Source of the DNA: Chrysomallon squamiferum
Lineage: Eukaryota; Animalia; Mollusca
Reading direction: 5' to 3'
DNA length: 64,000 nucleotides
Assembly (NCBI GenBank): GCA_012295275.1
Contig: CM022672.1
Span: forward strand, 5,084,001 to 5,148,000
Shown here: piece after piece, positions 42,523 to 56,600 of the stretch
Position numbering within the stretch: position 1 is the first letter of the stretch
How the letters are laid out: every line of letters begins with the position of its first letter
The notes under the pieces: model-generated
The model's input: the letters and a program-made list of their open reading frames with translations, nothing else
Database searches by the model: none
What the model was told of the DNA's origin: nothing
Translations under genes and position numbers: made by a program

Positions 42523-44045
42523 AATGAATAAATAAATAAATAATAATATAATAATAATAATAATAAACGGATAAAAAAAAAAAATATATCATTTTAAAAA
42601 AATAACTAACAATAATAATAAACAGAAGCAAAATATGACTATTATTCTCAGATGGATGGATGGATGGATGGATGGATGGATGGATGGGATGATGGATGGC
42701 CATACAAGCACAAAGAGAAACAAAAGACATTAATTTCAAAACTGAATTAATGGATAAAATTGATTAAGATCGTATCAGCATGCAGTCCTGAAACATCCCA
42801 CAAAATTTAACATTCTTATAAATTACAAAACGCTATCCATTTCTAGTATCATCTTACAATGTAAATCTATAAAACAAAGAGAGAAAACAGTGTTTCAAAC
42901 AACAAACTGCATGTAATTCAAACAATGCTGAGAGAAAGAGGTAAGCCCTCCCACTGACAACTGAGTGAAAATCATTGAACTGCTGCAGACAAACATACAG
43001 TATTGATGAGATCTCTTTACGATATGCCCAGGACAGTGGAGCGAGATGAACAATTAATGTGATGTTCCTTAGTGACAGCACATCAGAGATCCCCAGGCAA
43101 AGATTGCATTGTTCTTACCTGGCAGCATATGCAAGTAAAACATGCTTTAAATCAGCAAGATATCGTCAGTGAAAATGTAAGTGCTAACATTATGTTGTAT
43201 TATGTCAGAGTTTTTTTACTTCTATTAAATTTATTTAATAATTGTTATTATATATTTTTATATAAATAAACACACAGCCATATATATATATATACATACA
43301 TATGTACAAATTTATATATATATATATATATATTTGTATGTATGTATGTATGTATGTATGTATGTGGCATATGTGATATGTGATACATGTATTTATTCTT
43401 AAAGAATTGGTCTGAATGATGTACTTTGATCCAGAAATACATTTTATTGTACAAAAACAAAAGCATATGTTTTAGACATAAAGGTAAGGAAATAATTTTT
43501 TAAATAATGAAAAATAAAAAAATGTCCTTATCTTAATTTAATATTATCATGAACAATATTGATAATGAAAATTTACTGTTTAGTGTTTTTTGTTGCTTCT
43601 GTTTTTGTCAAATTTAATTAGTTTAAATGTCATTTTCTTAGTTATGATTCTTTAATATTTTTGTTTTTAAAGAGAATAGAATTATTATTATTTTTTTTTT
43701 TTTTAAACCATTAAATTAAATATATTAAATCTTAATTATAAACTAGAAAATAAATCTGAAAATCTGCAAAACATGTAAATAGAAAATTAATAACAAACTG
43801 TTATCTACATCGAATAAGATATTTTGAAACTATTTAAAAAAATAAAAAATAAAAATAATTAAATAAAAATAATTATAATTTCACCATTTTACATCAGAAT
43901 CTGCTTTGAAGATGTGACGAGTGGAAAATGTGTTTGTGTATCTGTATAAAAGGATTTAAAACTCTCAAATTATAACTGTCCTATTATTTATCTAGAAAAT
44001 CTAATTATATATTTTGGTAGACTGAATGCAGTTTTCTTTATTGAA

Positions 44046-44102
<57 letters not shown>

Positions 44103-47100
44103 CATAATAATAATAATAATATATATAAAAAAAAATAATTTTTTTAATGAAGATTATTACTCCCTCTCTATATACAAAGAAAACACCCATATATCTTTTT
44201 TGTTTTCATTTTTTGCAGGTTCTGAATACTGCATAAAAGATCTGATTCAACAAAGTCAGCTTCAACGTTTACTTACAATTTTGCATTAAAAAAAATAATA
44301 ATAAGGAAAAAAAAGAATTATAAAAAAAAAAAATATTTTATTTAAAATATAAAAATAAATTAAAAAGAATAAAATTCAAAAAGAAATAGCTGCAGCTGAA
44401 ATATTAAACTATGTAAAAGTAATAAATATATCACCTAAATCACAAGTTATTGAACTGAAGTTATTAAGCACAAATGGCAACGTTGGTGAGAGATGAAAGA
44501 ACATATCTATAAGTGTTCTTACATTATGTACACAAAGTAAGTGCTGTCATACTGTGTCTGGTGATACAACAAAAAGTCTTGTGAGCTAAACTGTTCTAAA
44601 GACCAGACCAAATTTTCAAACATGGATGACCAGGGTGACACTGGTAACGACAGCATCAAAGATGTCAGTGAAGATGTCAACAGCAGTGTTTCACTGCCAA
44701 AACCTCAACAAAGATGGTGTCAAATAAGAAAGAATTTGAATCTCTCATTCGAGAAGGTTAGTAAAGAAGAATATGTAATATATATGTATATATATGTGTA
44801 TGTGTGAATGTATGTATGTATGTATGTATGTTTATATGTATGTATATGTATATAAATACACATATTCACAAACACACACACACACACACAGAATACATAA
44901 GTATACAAATTAATAATTAAATGAATACTGTTTTATTTATAACAATAACAAAATAATGATATTAATCAGAAATTTCTACCGTGTCTGGAATGAACATTAC
45001 TTATAATCATAATATCTATTAACTACTGCTAAATACACTTTGTCATTTTGCTCATATCATTTATACACAGATAAAATATGTTGTATATATCAGTAATAAT
45101 GTCTAACAAACGTAAATAAATAAAAATAATAAATAAATAAGTAAATAAATAAATAATTAAAAAAAATAAACATTGAGAATAATTTTTTTTAAATAATGTT
45201 CAGTTTAAATTACAAATTTTTTTTTACATAAATTTCACTTGGATAAGAATCATTCCCCAAAATATAATCAGAAAATGAAATACTGATTTATTTTATTTTA
45301 TTTTTTTTGTTAAGATTGTAGAAAGTTACATATGTACACAGTACATAATAATATGTACTGTCATATGCACAGGCTTGGATCTATTATGAAACTAATGAGG
45401 CTTAAGCTTCAGGGCCAATAAGCCCATACCAACTCCAGAATCATCTTTAATCCACATGACTTCAAAATTTTAATCAAAATCTGACAAATAGCTAAACTTT
45501 TAAAATCTGTTATGGAACAAGCCTTAAAAGAAGATAACCATGGCTACCCAGACATCCATACATACATACATACATACATATATATAGACACACACACACA
45601 CAAAATAAATTAAACACTAACATTTTGTATACAAGTTTTGGCAAGGGTTTATATATGAATATAAATAAAAAATTTGATCAATCAGTGGTTTGTTTTGTCA
45701 CAAGAAATCCTTCACAACTACTCTCAGTGCTTCTCTACAATACTTAATGGTTCGTGCTTTATACTTAGGCAATATTATGAGACATACACAAGTCAATTTA
45801 TTTGTTCAAAATTTATTTGTTCAAACATTTCAATGAGGTCTTTTGACAACATCGACACTTGGAAAGCAATGTAGTTTATGACAAACAAAAATGGTATAAA
45901 AGTTTATGCAAGCTGACCAACAATATAGTTAAACAATATTATTATTATTATTTTTTTTTTTTTTTTTTTTTGAAGTTGGATATGCTCAGCAGATCAAACA
46001 AGACTTTTCCTACATAGTTAAAATACAACAGAAAGACATGGTTGCCTGAAAACCCTGTTTTCACCCTGTCACTCCAGAACAGGTTAATCCCAAATAAAGA
46101 ACAGGTTAATCCCAAATAAAGAACTGGTTTTTATTTTCTTAAATTTTATTATTATTATTTTTTTCAACCATTGAATCCAATACCTATGTTAGCATTCCAC
46201 AGTCAACAGCTAGATAAATTCTAAGAGCTGTTTATTGCACTTGGCTATTAGCCAGAATATACCAGTACAAACTGTCATGTCAATAAGGCTGGTCATTTAA
46301 ACAAGGTCAGATAGACCAGTAATGGAACATAACTGACCTGACCACCATAAAAACCTGTTTTGCTCGTAATGATGAGATAATTACAGGTGGTCTGTGATCT
46401 GCAGATCAGACGTCACTACCTTATTTACCTGGCAGGTAAGATAATATTTTGTTTGTTATACCCAGGAATATTCAACCCATGTAGCTAAAGTGTGCAGCAT
46501 TACAGTACGTGATTTACACAGAGGTATGTTTGTAAAGATATACTATTTGGGTTTTCTTTTTGTTTTTCTCAATAGGTAAAATATATGTTTATTTTTTCAA
46601 GACTGCTTATAATAGCGTTAATATTATTGTGTAAATGGAAAAATTGTGTAACTAGTAATTAAAGACTAAGAGTAATATCTGAATCCTATGTTGTGTAAAT
46701 TGTCATTACTATTGTATACATATAAAAAATATACTGAACAGTAACCAGTTCTTGAAATACAATACATATAATGATATACATAAATATAAATTATGTAATA
46801 TATTATTTACTTTCTATAAATGAAATAAATTCTTTATATGCAAAAAAAATGCCAAAAAAACAGCTTTCACCTGTAATGAAGTGATAACTACTGCATTAAT
46901 GAGGTGCTATTATATGTAACTTATTTTTGGCATTTTATATTATGTGACACACTTTTTGCCTGGAGAGCATCGATTCTTTCTCACATTTGTTTTCCTAATA
47001 TTTTTTTTTGCTGGCCTACCTGGCAAAATGCATGTATAAAAATGTTCCTACCTGTTGTAACTGGTAAAGCTACCCATTAAATACATAATTTCATGACTGT

Positions 47101-49947
47101 TTTCTTAAAAATGTATAGATACAAAGTTTGTCAACTAAAAGCTATTTCATATTTTGAAGGTTAAGGGAAAAATACATGTATAAAAAGATCTCTTGTTTTT
47201 ATAACGGATAAATGCAGCACATTAAAAACATTATTTGACAACTGTTGGTTTAACATTTGTATGTATGAAGTACTAACGGCTGTTATATTTTTTCTAGTTT
47301 AAGGGAAAACAGGAAGAAAAAGAAAAAAAATGTTTCTTGCTGATATAACTGGTTAAAGTTGTCTATTATGTGGCAGAATATTATATGACATATACATTAA
47401 CTGTTATTTTTTGTAGTTATTTATGGGGTGTTTGGTGTTTATGTATATGTGTCCTCAGTGTGTGTAAAGCATCAAGAAAATAAAACAATTTTATGCAGGA
47501 TAAAGACTAGAGAAAGAGCTCTAAGTTGTATTTTACAGTAAAATTTAGTAATTATCATAATTATATCAATAAATTCAGGCAAGTTTAAATCCCAGAAAGG
47601 CACCAAAAAAAAATAAAAAATCATAAATTTGTAAACAAACATGGGTAAAACATTAAAATATGTTGTAAAGGTACCTGAACAAATAATTAATCAATGTTAT
47701 TGTCTTCGTACAATAATTATACTGTCACATTGTAAACTAGCATGTAATTACTTGTATTACACAGAGAGTAATATCAGAAGATGTATGACACTGGTGCTGT
47801 ACTATTCAAATTAATTCACAACCCACAATCTACTACATTTACCTTTAATTCTAAAACATGTTTAAACAGAATTTTGCAGCACATCTCATATTAATAAAAG
47901 AACACTGCTTTAATTGATTACATTAAGTTAATTACATTCCACATTAACAACATTTTATATATATATTATTTTTATTGTCACTACGAAATTCTAGGTTTCT
48001 AGAGGAAATAAAACTACAAGTTCAATTGAGAAAAGCTCATAATAAGATTCTATACAAAACATGGTGACGACAAACAAAGCACTTTACATGCTGTTAAAGT
48101 AATCAAATATAGCACAGCTCTGGGTATGTGATTTGTGTCATTGTAAGTGTACACTCTTTACACACAGGTATGACAAAGGCCAAGGCATACAACAAAAACT
48201 GACACTCTCAAAGCAATCTTAAAATGAAAACAGCTTTGTCCACTTGAAGGTGTTAAGGAAAATGACCTACAGCACATGAAAAATAGTTTTAATGTGTCTG
48301 TTTTTAGACACACACACACACACACACACACCTATATCTATACAAATATTACATATACTAATACACAGTCACATACACATATATCTACATATGTACAAAC
48401 CTTACATTACATTACATACTTACATATAATTTGCAAATATATTTTAATTATTTATTATATTATCATCATCCTCATCATCATCATTGACAACAAACACACA
48501 CAGATCTACATATGTACAAACATTACATTACAAACATAATTTGAAAATATATTTTTTCTTTTCCTCTTTATTTTTTAAAAATTATTTATTATCAATATTA
48601 TTATTATTATTATTTAATTCTTAATATCATGACTCAGATTATACCTTTCTACAAATCTCTAGCCACTTCATACATAAAGAATTAATTTGATGAAATTCAG
48701 TTTAAGCTTAAAGTACATATGTTCTAAGAAACATTGTGTTCCTTCTTATCATTATTCAAATATGTCTGGATGTAATAACAACAACAACATTCAATTAATT
48801 CCTTATTAAATTTGGCACAACCAAATCTATATTTTTTTTAGACTTCCAGTAATTATTGTAATTGTTTCATGGATCAATTATTTTTAAAAATTAATAAAAA
48901 AAATTAACCAAAAAAAAGAAGAAAAAAATGTTGGCACAAACAAATCTCTATTATCTCCATGGCAACAGAATATACAAACACTATGCTAACGATTATTCTG
49001 TACCACCATTTTAGACATCAACTGCTGTTGATAAAATTGCCATACAAGGAAGCTGGCTGTAACAGCTTTTACAGGTGAAAGTAAACTGTTGTACAGGTCT
49101 ATCCTGCAATTCTGTTACATCCTGAAATAATCAATGTGTAAGGTAATCAATACTTCATCCCTCCTCAGCCAGGCAGCTTTTGATGGAATTCCATTGACTT
49201 TTGTCACGACCACAAATCAGCTTATGTGCTCAATAAAGTATATCACTCATCTTAACATATGGTAAAACCAGAATTCTCCAATATTACCAAATAATGAATA
49301 ATTCCCAAATATTAATAATCACTGAATTATTCCAATATTAACAAACTGTAAATTATTCAAGTATTGACAACATTGGGTAACACCACTAATAACAAACTGT
49401 AAATTATTTCAGTATTAACGAATTATTTAAAACAATTAAATATTAATAATATGAACAATGTTAATAATCTGCAGATTTTAAGATATTAAGAAACTATAAA
49501 TTATTTAAATATTATCTATCTGTGAATTATTTCAACATAAATAAACTGTGAATTATTTTTTTTTATGGTGCATGTATTTCTTTTTATATCAAAAACATAA
49601 ATCATATCAATATATTAAGAAATTGTAAATTATTCCTTTATTAACTGTAAAGGATTATTTAAATCCTTTCATTGCTTAATGTAAAATAAATATGCAAACA
49701 GAATTAGGTGGATATGCAGGATACAGTTTAAGTATGTATTCTCAGTTTATTACTGCGGATTTCATAAAATACATAATGACATTATAGCAGGGTTTTTTTA
49801 CAGTTATTTTAATCTGTTCTTCTTGCTGGGTTTTATTTCTGTTTTGAAGAAAGAAAAACAACAAAATATAAAACTAATTAGCGTTTTGCTCTGTCTCCCA
49901 AGAAAAAAACAATATCATTTTCTTTTTTGACAATGTTTTAAGTTATT

Positions 49948-49984
<37 letters not shown>

Positions 49985-50608
49985 ATTGGGGTTGGAGGGT
50001 TATATTGTCATTTATTTTTTAGTTCTTTTTAATTTTATGAATTTAATAATAATATAATTATTATTGTTATTATTATTTATTTTTCTATTATTATTTTCAT
50101 ATATATATATATATATGTATTAGTTTTTTTCTAATATTTATTTAGTACTTGGTTTTAATTTCATTTTTTATGCAAAATATATTACTACCCATAAATTTCA
50201 ATATATTGTTACACTGAACTGTGGAATTTATTATATTACTTGACTTACATTATAAAGGTTTGTCAGAATATGCATATCTCTCTGTGTCTCTCTTACAAAA
50301 AAAAGAAGAAAAAACCTCATCTTACAATTAACTGATCATATCACAATGCAGTGCTGCTGGAAGAGATCCAGGTTACAGGTACATAACGTTATGAACAGTC
50401 TTGTTTTCATGTAGCTTTTATATTTCCCCACTGACTTATGAATGGTGTCATGTATATTATTACTTACAATGAGAAAAGATCATCACAACTTATTGTGTCC
50501 TCTTTGTTTCTCTCCCTAAAGATCTAACCTGTTAACTAATTTGTTGTTTGCTTACAGCAGAATTTTTATTATTTAAATTATATACATGTTTAAGTGTCAA
50601 CCAGTATG

Positions 50609-50649
<41 letters not shown>

Positions 50650-53600
50650 TATATGAATATAAAAGAGAATATAAATATATATATATAAAAGAGTGGGATA
50701 CTTATTTATAACACCTAGGTATTTAAAAATTTATATTTTATTTCTAATCAAAATATTAATATTTTACTGAGACTAGGAAACTGTACTGACATGATAAATA
50801 GTTTCTTGCCCACAAATAAACTGTAAGAAGGGGGAAAAAAAGTGTTTTCAATGGCCTATATAACTATTATTATTCTAATTAACTGCTGCAGGAATCAAAG
50901 CCATTAATAATACATCATCTACCTTAGAGACATCTCATGTAACAAGGCAACAGGCTAATGCTCACAAAATTAATTACAAAATATCTTAAAAAAAGAAATA
51001 CAATAATATCCAATTCATCACAAAGTAAATATATAAAGAAAATTTTACAAATCAAGAAAAAAGAAGAAGAAAGAAAAGTCCATGCTTTTTTTCTTTCCAT
51101 AAATGATTTTTTAACTATCTATAAAACATACTGGTTAGTAATTCTATGAGCAATCATTGTAAAATTAGCAAAACAGAATACTGTATGCATAAAAGCAGGA
51201 ATATAAATATTATACCCTTCAAATTATTAGAGGTTCTCAACTGAAGTAAAACAGCTGACCAAGCCAACTAATGCATAATCCAGAAACCTAACATGTGTTA
51301 CATTTCTGTCAAATAAATGAGATATAGTCTACACCCTGGTACATTAGAAACCATTTAACCTAAATAATTGTTGTTGTTTGGTGTGGGATTTCTTATATCT
51401 ATTTATTTTTTTCAAATAAATAGATATTTTAATCACTCAAGTTATTTTGAAAAATAAAACAGGTTATACAAATTAACCAGATTAATTCATAAACTGGACT
51501 ATTTCCCAATCCAAATAGAACCCAATGAGTGTCTTAATAAAAATAAAGATAATGATGCAAGTCAGAGACATTAGTTTCTTGACATTAAATAAACATTAAA
51601 ATGTGTTCAAGTACTGTTAAACTGCAGTGCATTTTATTTCACCAACAAAATTTATAATATTAAAAACACCCAGTAAATAATATAAAAAAAAAAAAAAAAA
51701 AAAATGTTGGTGAAGTACATGTTTTACTCAGTGAGTCAAAGCAGAGCTGTTTTTCACAATACTGTCATTAATCAAATCTGTGCTCATTATCAGAAAGAAC
51801 TGTCCTTCCTGGAATTAATCATTAATCAAGAGACCACAGTATTGGATTTAATTATTACTGGCACTCAGGGACACTTTTTGTTGATTAATCATCTAATATG
51901 AGAGCAACTTTCAAAACTTAATTACATTATTATGTCTTTATATATGAACTTGCAATTATCACCGAACAATGTAAAAAATGAAGAAGCATTTTATTTTTCA
52001 TTGATAGCTTATATGTTTACACACACACATAATTAAATTTTTACTTTTTGTAAGATTTATAGGAATCACAGAAAAATGAAGTGTTATTATATTAAGAAAA
52101 AAAAAAATTGGAATATGTTTTATTTCTCACAGCTAGTTAATTTTATTATTTATTTTTTTTATTTATTTTTTACCTTTCCAGGTAAAATGGAAGAGCGCTG
52201 TGAAGTTGTTCCAAGGACCTTTCTTTTCTGCCGGCTCTGTGAAGAGGAATTCCAGCAACCAAAGATCCTGCCCTGTTTGCATTCATTCTGCAAGAGCTGC
52301 ATTGAGAGCTATGTGGAGAACAACAAGGATGAGGAAGGGTATTTTGGCTGTCCAGTGTGTGGAACAGAAACAACAATTCAAGAACAACCTGTAGAAAACC
52401 TACCTGACAATCTCTTTGCACGAAGACTAAGCAATCCAGTTGTCCACATTCCCATGCCCAAGAAAGAAAAACTGCTGCTTTCATGTTGTTCCTGTCAGCA
52501 ACATGGCAGCAAAACTGAAGCAGAAATGCACTGCATAAACTGTGATGACTTTCTCTGCAGTCTGTGTTCAGAAAGCCACCAATTAGAAGTCGAGACAGCA
52601 AGTCATAAATTACAGAATATTAAGGAAGAAAATGAAACAAAGTCAAGTGGATCATCCACCCCAACAGACCTTGACATACTTCCACGCTGCTGTGAATATT
52701 ATGACCCATACGATATTGGTTCCATGTTCTGTGTGGACTGTAATATGACATTATGTTCAGAGTGTCATCTCAAGGATCATAGTGATCACAGATGTGCTGA
52801 GCTTTCTGCTGTTGCTGAAAACTTTGAGAACAAAATCAAAGTCCCAATTTCAGAACTGGCTCATGATGTTGAAACGCTAAACGTTTCAATGTCTGATCTG
52901 GAACTTGCCAAAAGCATTGTTAAAAATGAGCAAAGTGAACTACGCAGAACTGTTCACCAAAGAACAAAATTTCTCTGCCAGATGATAAAAGATTATGAAG
53001 ACTTTGTGCTTGAGGAGATTGACAGAAGATATAATAATTATCTACAAAACATTGAACAACAAGAAAATGAGATCAGTCTCCGTGTTGCTTCTATCCATGC
53101 TGTAACAGACTTTACAGAAAAACTTGTTTCTTTTGGATCTGAGGAAGAGAAAGTTTCCATGAGGCATAAAATTGGAAGACGAGTGCGTGAACTGTGTGAG
53201 GAAGAGCTTCCAACTGTCCGGATTGACATGACAAATCATTTTCTACACCAGCCAGAAGTTAATGTTGAAACAATCTGTGATCTCTTTGGTGAACTCAAGA
53301 CAAATAAAGCCAGCAAATCAAGTAACTCTAGAAAAGTCAGTATCAATTCTGGCCTGCCAAGCACTAGTGAGTCAGTGGAACAGAATGAGACTGAGTTAAC
53401 TGAACTGGAAGAATATGAAGACAGAGACAGTGACATGCTCAGTGCCAGTTATGCTAGTGATCCATTCCGCAGCAGTAACACAAGTGATCAGATGCACTTA
53501 ATGGCAAGTCAGACAGAACCAGAAAATTCTTCATTTCAATCATCACTTCAAGAAGATGTTCCATGTCAGAATCTGACCACACCCAAAACAGAGTTTCCAC

Positions 53601-56600
53601 TACCTGAGAACATCCAGCGAGACTGCATTAAAGGTGTGGCAACCAATTCTTCTGGTGATATAGTCATAGCAACAGTTTCTAATGGAACAAGTATGATATA
53701 TTACATTGAGAAACGAGGAATAGTTCGTGGTCAGATTCAGGTGGAAAAAGGGTGGAGTATACATTCCATTGCAGCTGATGGCAAAGTGGCACTAGTGATT
53801 GCAAGAGGAGATAATCGATACAAAGTGAGGATTCTGTCTGATGATGGCTGTGGTTCAGTTCTGGCTGATGTACACATAGAAAGTTTTGGTCTGAACTATG
53901 TGACAGCCAATGGCAGTAGTCAGGTGATTGTTTCTTCAAGTAGATACACACAGCCAAATCGTGCTCATATGAAAACAGCAAAATCTGGAGGTAACATAGC
54001 CATCTACAATCCTGACAGTCAGCTTGTCCAGCGAATAACAAATGAAGATTTTCAGAGCCAAGATATTTATCTTTTAGAAAAACCTCACACCATTTCAGTG
54101 GACAGTAAAAACAACATCTACGTCACAGATTCTGGCAGCCACACTGTATGTGCTTTTACTGAAACAGGGGAACTGTTGTTTGAGTATGGAAACACTGACC
54201 ATGATGATGAAATATATCAGGGACCTGATGCTATCTGCACAGACCGCCATGGTAATATCATTGTCACAGACAGGCGAGAAAGAAGAATTGATGTTCTAAA
54301 TGAACAAGGACATCTTCAGAAATGTCTCTATCCAGAAGATAACATAAAATCTGTCTCAGTCTGCCAACCAGAAAATTTGCTCATGGTTGCCACAATTGAA
54401 GGACCCATTAAATTTTATGAGTATTTATAAAAAAAGACAAACAACTATGTCACAATATGATAATTAACCAAAACAATGCTGATCAATTTTTTGGCAATCT
54501 ACACCAAATATTTTAAATTAATAATTTGAATCAAGCTTTCAGTAATACATGTATTTCACATACATAGTAACAAAAGAATTATATTTTTAGAAAAGTAAAT
54601 AAATAAATAAATAAACATGTTGATTTAGAAAAAAACATTATTTTTAATCTGACAATTATAGTAACATTAGATAATTTTGTATTCTTTATTTATTAAAAAA
54701 ATTAATCTGTTGTAGGTGTAATTAGTATTATTATTTTGCTTGTTAATTTACAAGTTATTTTGATTAAATATATAATCAAATACTGTCACAAGAATGAATG
54801 ACATCATTATTTATAAAAATATTTTTCATTAATTATATACCACAAAAATTGATAAGTCAATCAAAGGTCACTGGCCAGAAATGGAATGACAGAATCTTAA
54901 AGCCAGATTACTTCAGCCACCCATAAAAATAATTTGTTTCATTCTAGTGTGTGTAATTATAATCTATAAAAATGGATTATTAGATCACAATGATTGTGAT
55001 CTTCAAATCTCCAATATTAGTGCTGAAATTTCACTTCACAAATTAAAGACTAAATGTTTTATTTTCATTTACTGACTACTGCAATTTACATGCTGTTTTT
55101 ATTTTACTTCACTAATTAAATGCAAAACTTTTTTTTTTTTTTTTTTTTTTTTTTGTACTGACTACTACAATTTACATGCTGCTTTTATTGTTTCTTCTAC
55201 ATCAATTCAGAGTTATGACTGCACTATTTGTATACATAACAAATTAATTTATCTTACAACTAAATGTTGTTGATTAAGGCAATTAACAACTCTAGTAACA
55301 CTCTTTTGTCAAGATTCTGCAACAGCTGATTGTTTCAACAATTAATAATTCATAGCCAAACCATTTTTTTATCAGGTTTTAAATAGATCTGTTATTTAGG
55401 AAAGGCTTTTTTTTATTATTATGCAGCATATCTCAACATGATAAAATAGCACACAAAGATACACACACACTAAAAAACAGACAATGCTTTCATTAACACA
55501 TTAATTCAAAAGTCCTGACAAATCATTCTTAAAATGTTTTTAAAAATTAAGAGAACAAAATAAAAATAAAAGTGAAAATAATGTTTATTCCTTGGACAAA
55601 CTCTTTTCTAATCTATTTATTTTCAAAAAATATAAATTCTTTTAGAAAGCTATCCATCTATCAAAAAGATTAAAACATACATATGAATATATCCCTTTGA
55701 ACAAATACAGCAATATGTGACTCCCCTACGCAAAATATTTTGTTTATTTTTCATTTATGTTTGTTGTAATATGCTGAGTGTGTGGGACGTTTATTAACTT
55801 TTGCTGTTTTAACAGCTAGTAAAAATTAAGTTGTCAAGATTTATAATTTAATGTCATTTAATTAACAATATTTTGTAAAAACAGTTAATGATGCATGTAC
55901 TATGTTATCAAAGTTTTTACATTATTTTGTTCATTAACAAAAAATAAATTTTAAAATTATCTATATTTATTTTCTGCTGTTCAAAAATATGAACTAATTT
56001 TTTTGATGATTGTTACTTGAGTTAATTACATAGATCTGTTAACGCTTAGTATTGTTTGTTACACTGTTATTTTGTTTTATAATAATCTGTATTTAAATGT
56101 TTAGTCTGTTAAACTTATTTGTGTGTACATCTAATTCAATGATCTCATATTTATCTGTCAGTCATTTAACACATATTTCAATGTTGTGATAATCAAATAA
56201 ATGTCCACTAATACAAATATTTCAGCTGACATTATTGTTGAAATTATATGTTTACCATTTACTTCATGTTCCTAGAGAATATATGCTTAGTCCAAACAGG
56301 ACTGTAAAAGGTAGGCTGCTGTTGAGAAATACTTGTTAAGGAGGACTTTGACAAAAGTTAATTAAAATGAAAACTTAAAATTATTATTGATGAATTTATA
56401 AAGCATCATTTGAAGATATCACAAAAGTAAAGTCTATTAAAAATACTGTTAGCTTATGTCCAGCAAAAAAACCCCAACAAATGCTCTTATCAGTAGACTT
56501 AACACCAAAGATTCCAGACAAAATTCCAAATATATGATGAATGAAAGACACAGTAATCACAGAACAAATGTTTACAAGGGAAAAAACAGAAACAGAAACA

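Noticed and set aside
43112-43130. CTTACCTGGCAG resembling the U1 snRNA 5' end (also near 46425)
   Set aside because: Similarity stops after ~12 nt and no U1 body follows; it is simply a donor site on the other strand.
52076-52186. N-terminal 37 aa of the 784-aa ORF (apparent hydrophobic or transmembrane segment)
   Set aside because: It is the intronic T-rich tract ending in acceptor TTTCCAG at 52181, not coding sequence.
52170-54041. Several minus-strand ORFs (62-143 aa) overlapping the TRIM exon
   Set aside because: Antisense shadows of the real coding exon with no domain features.
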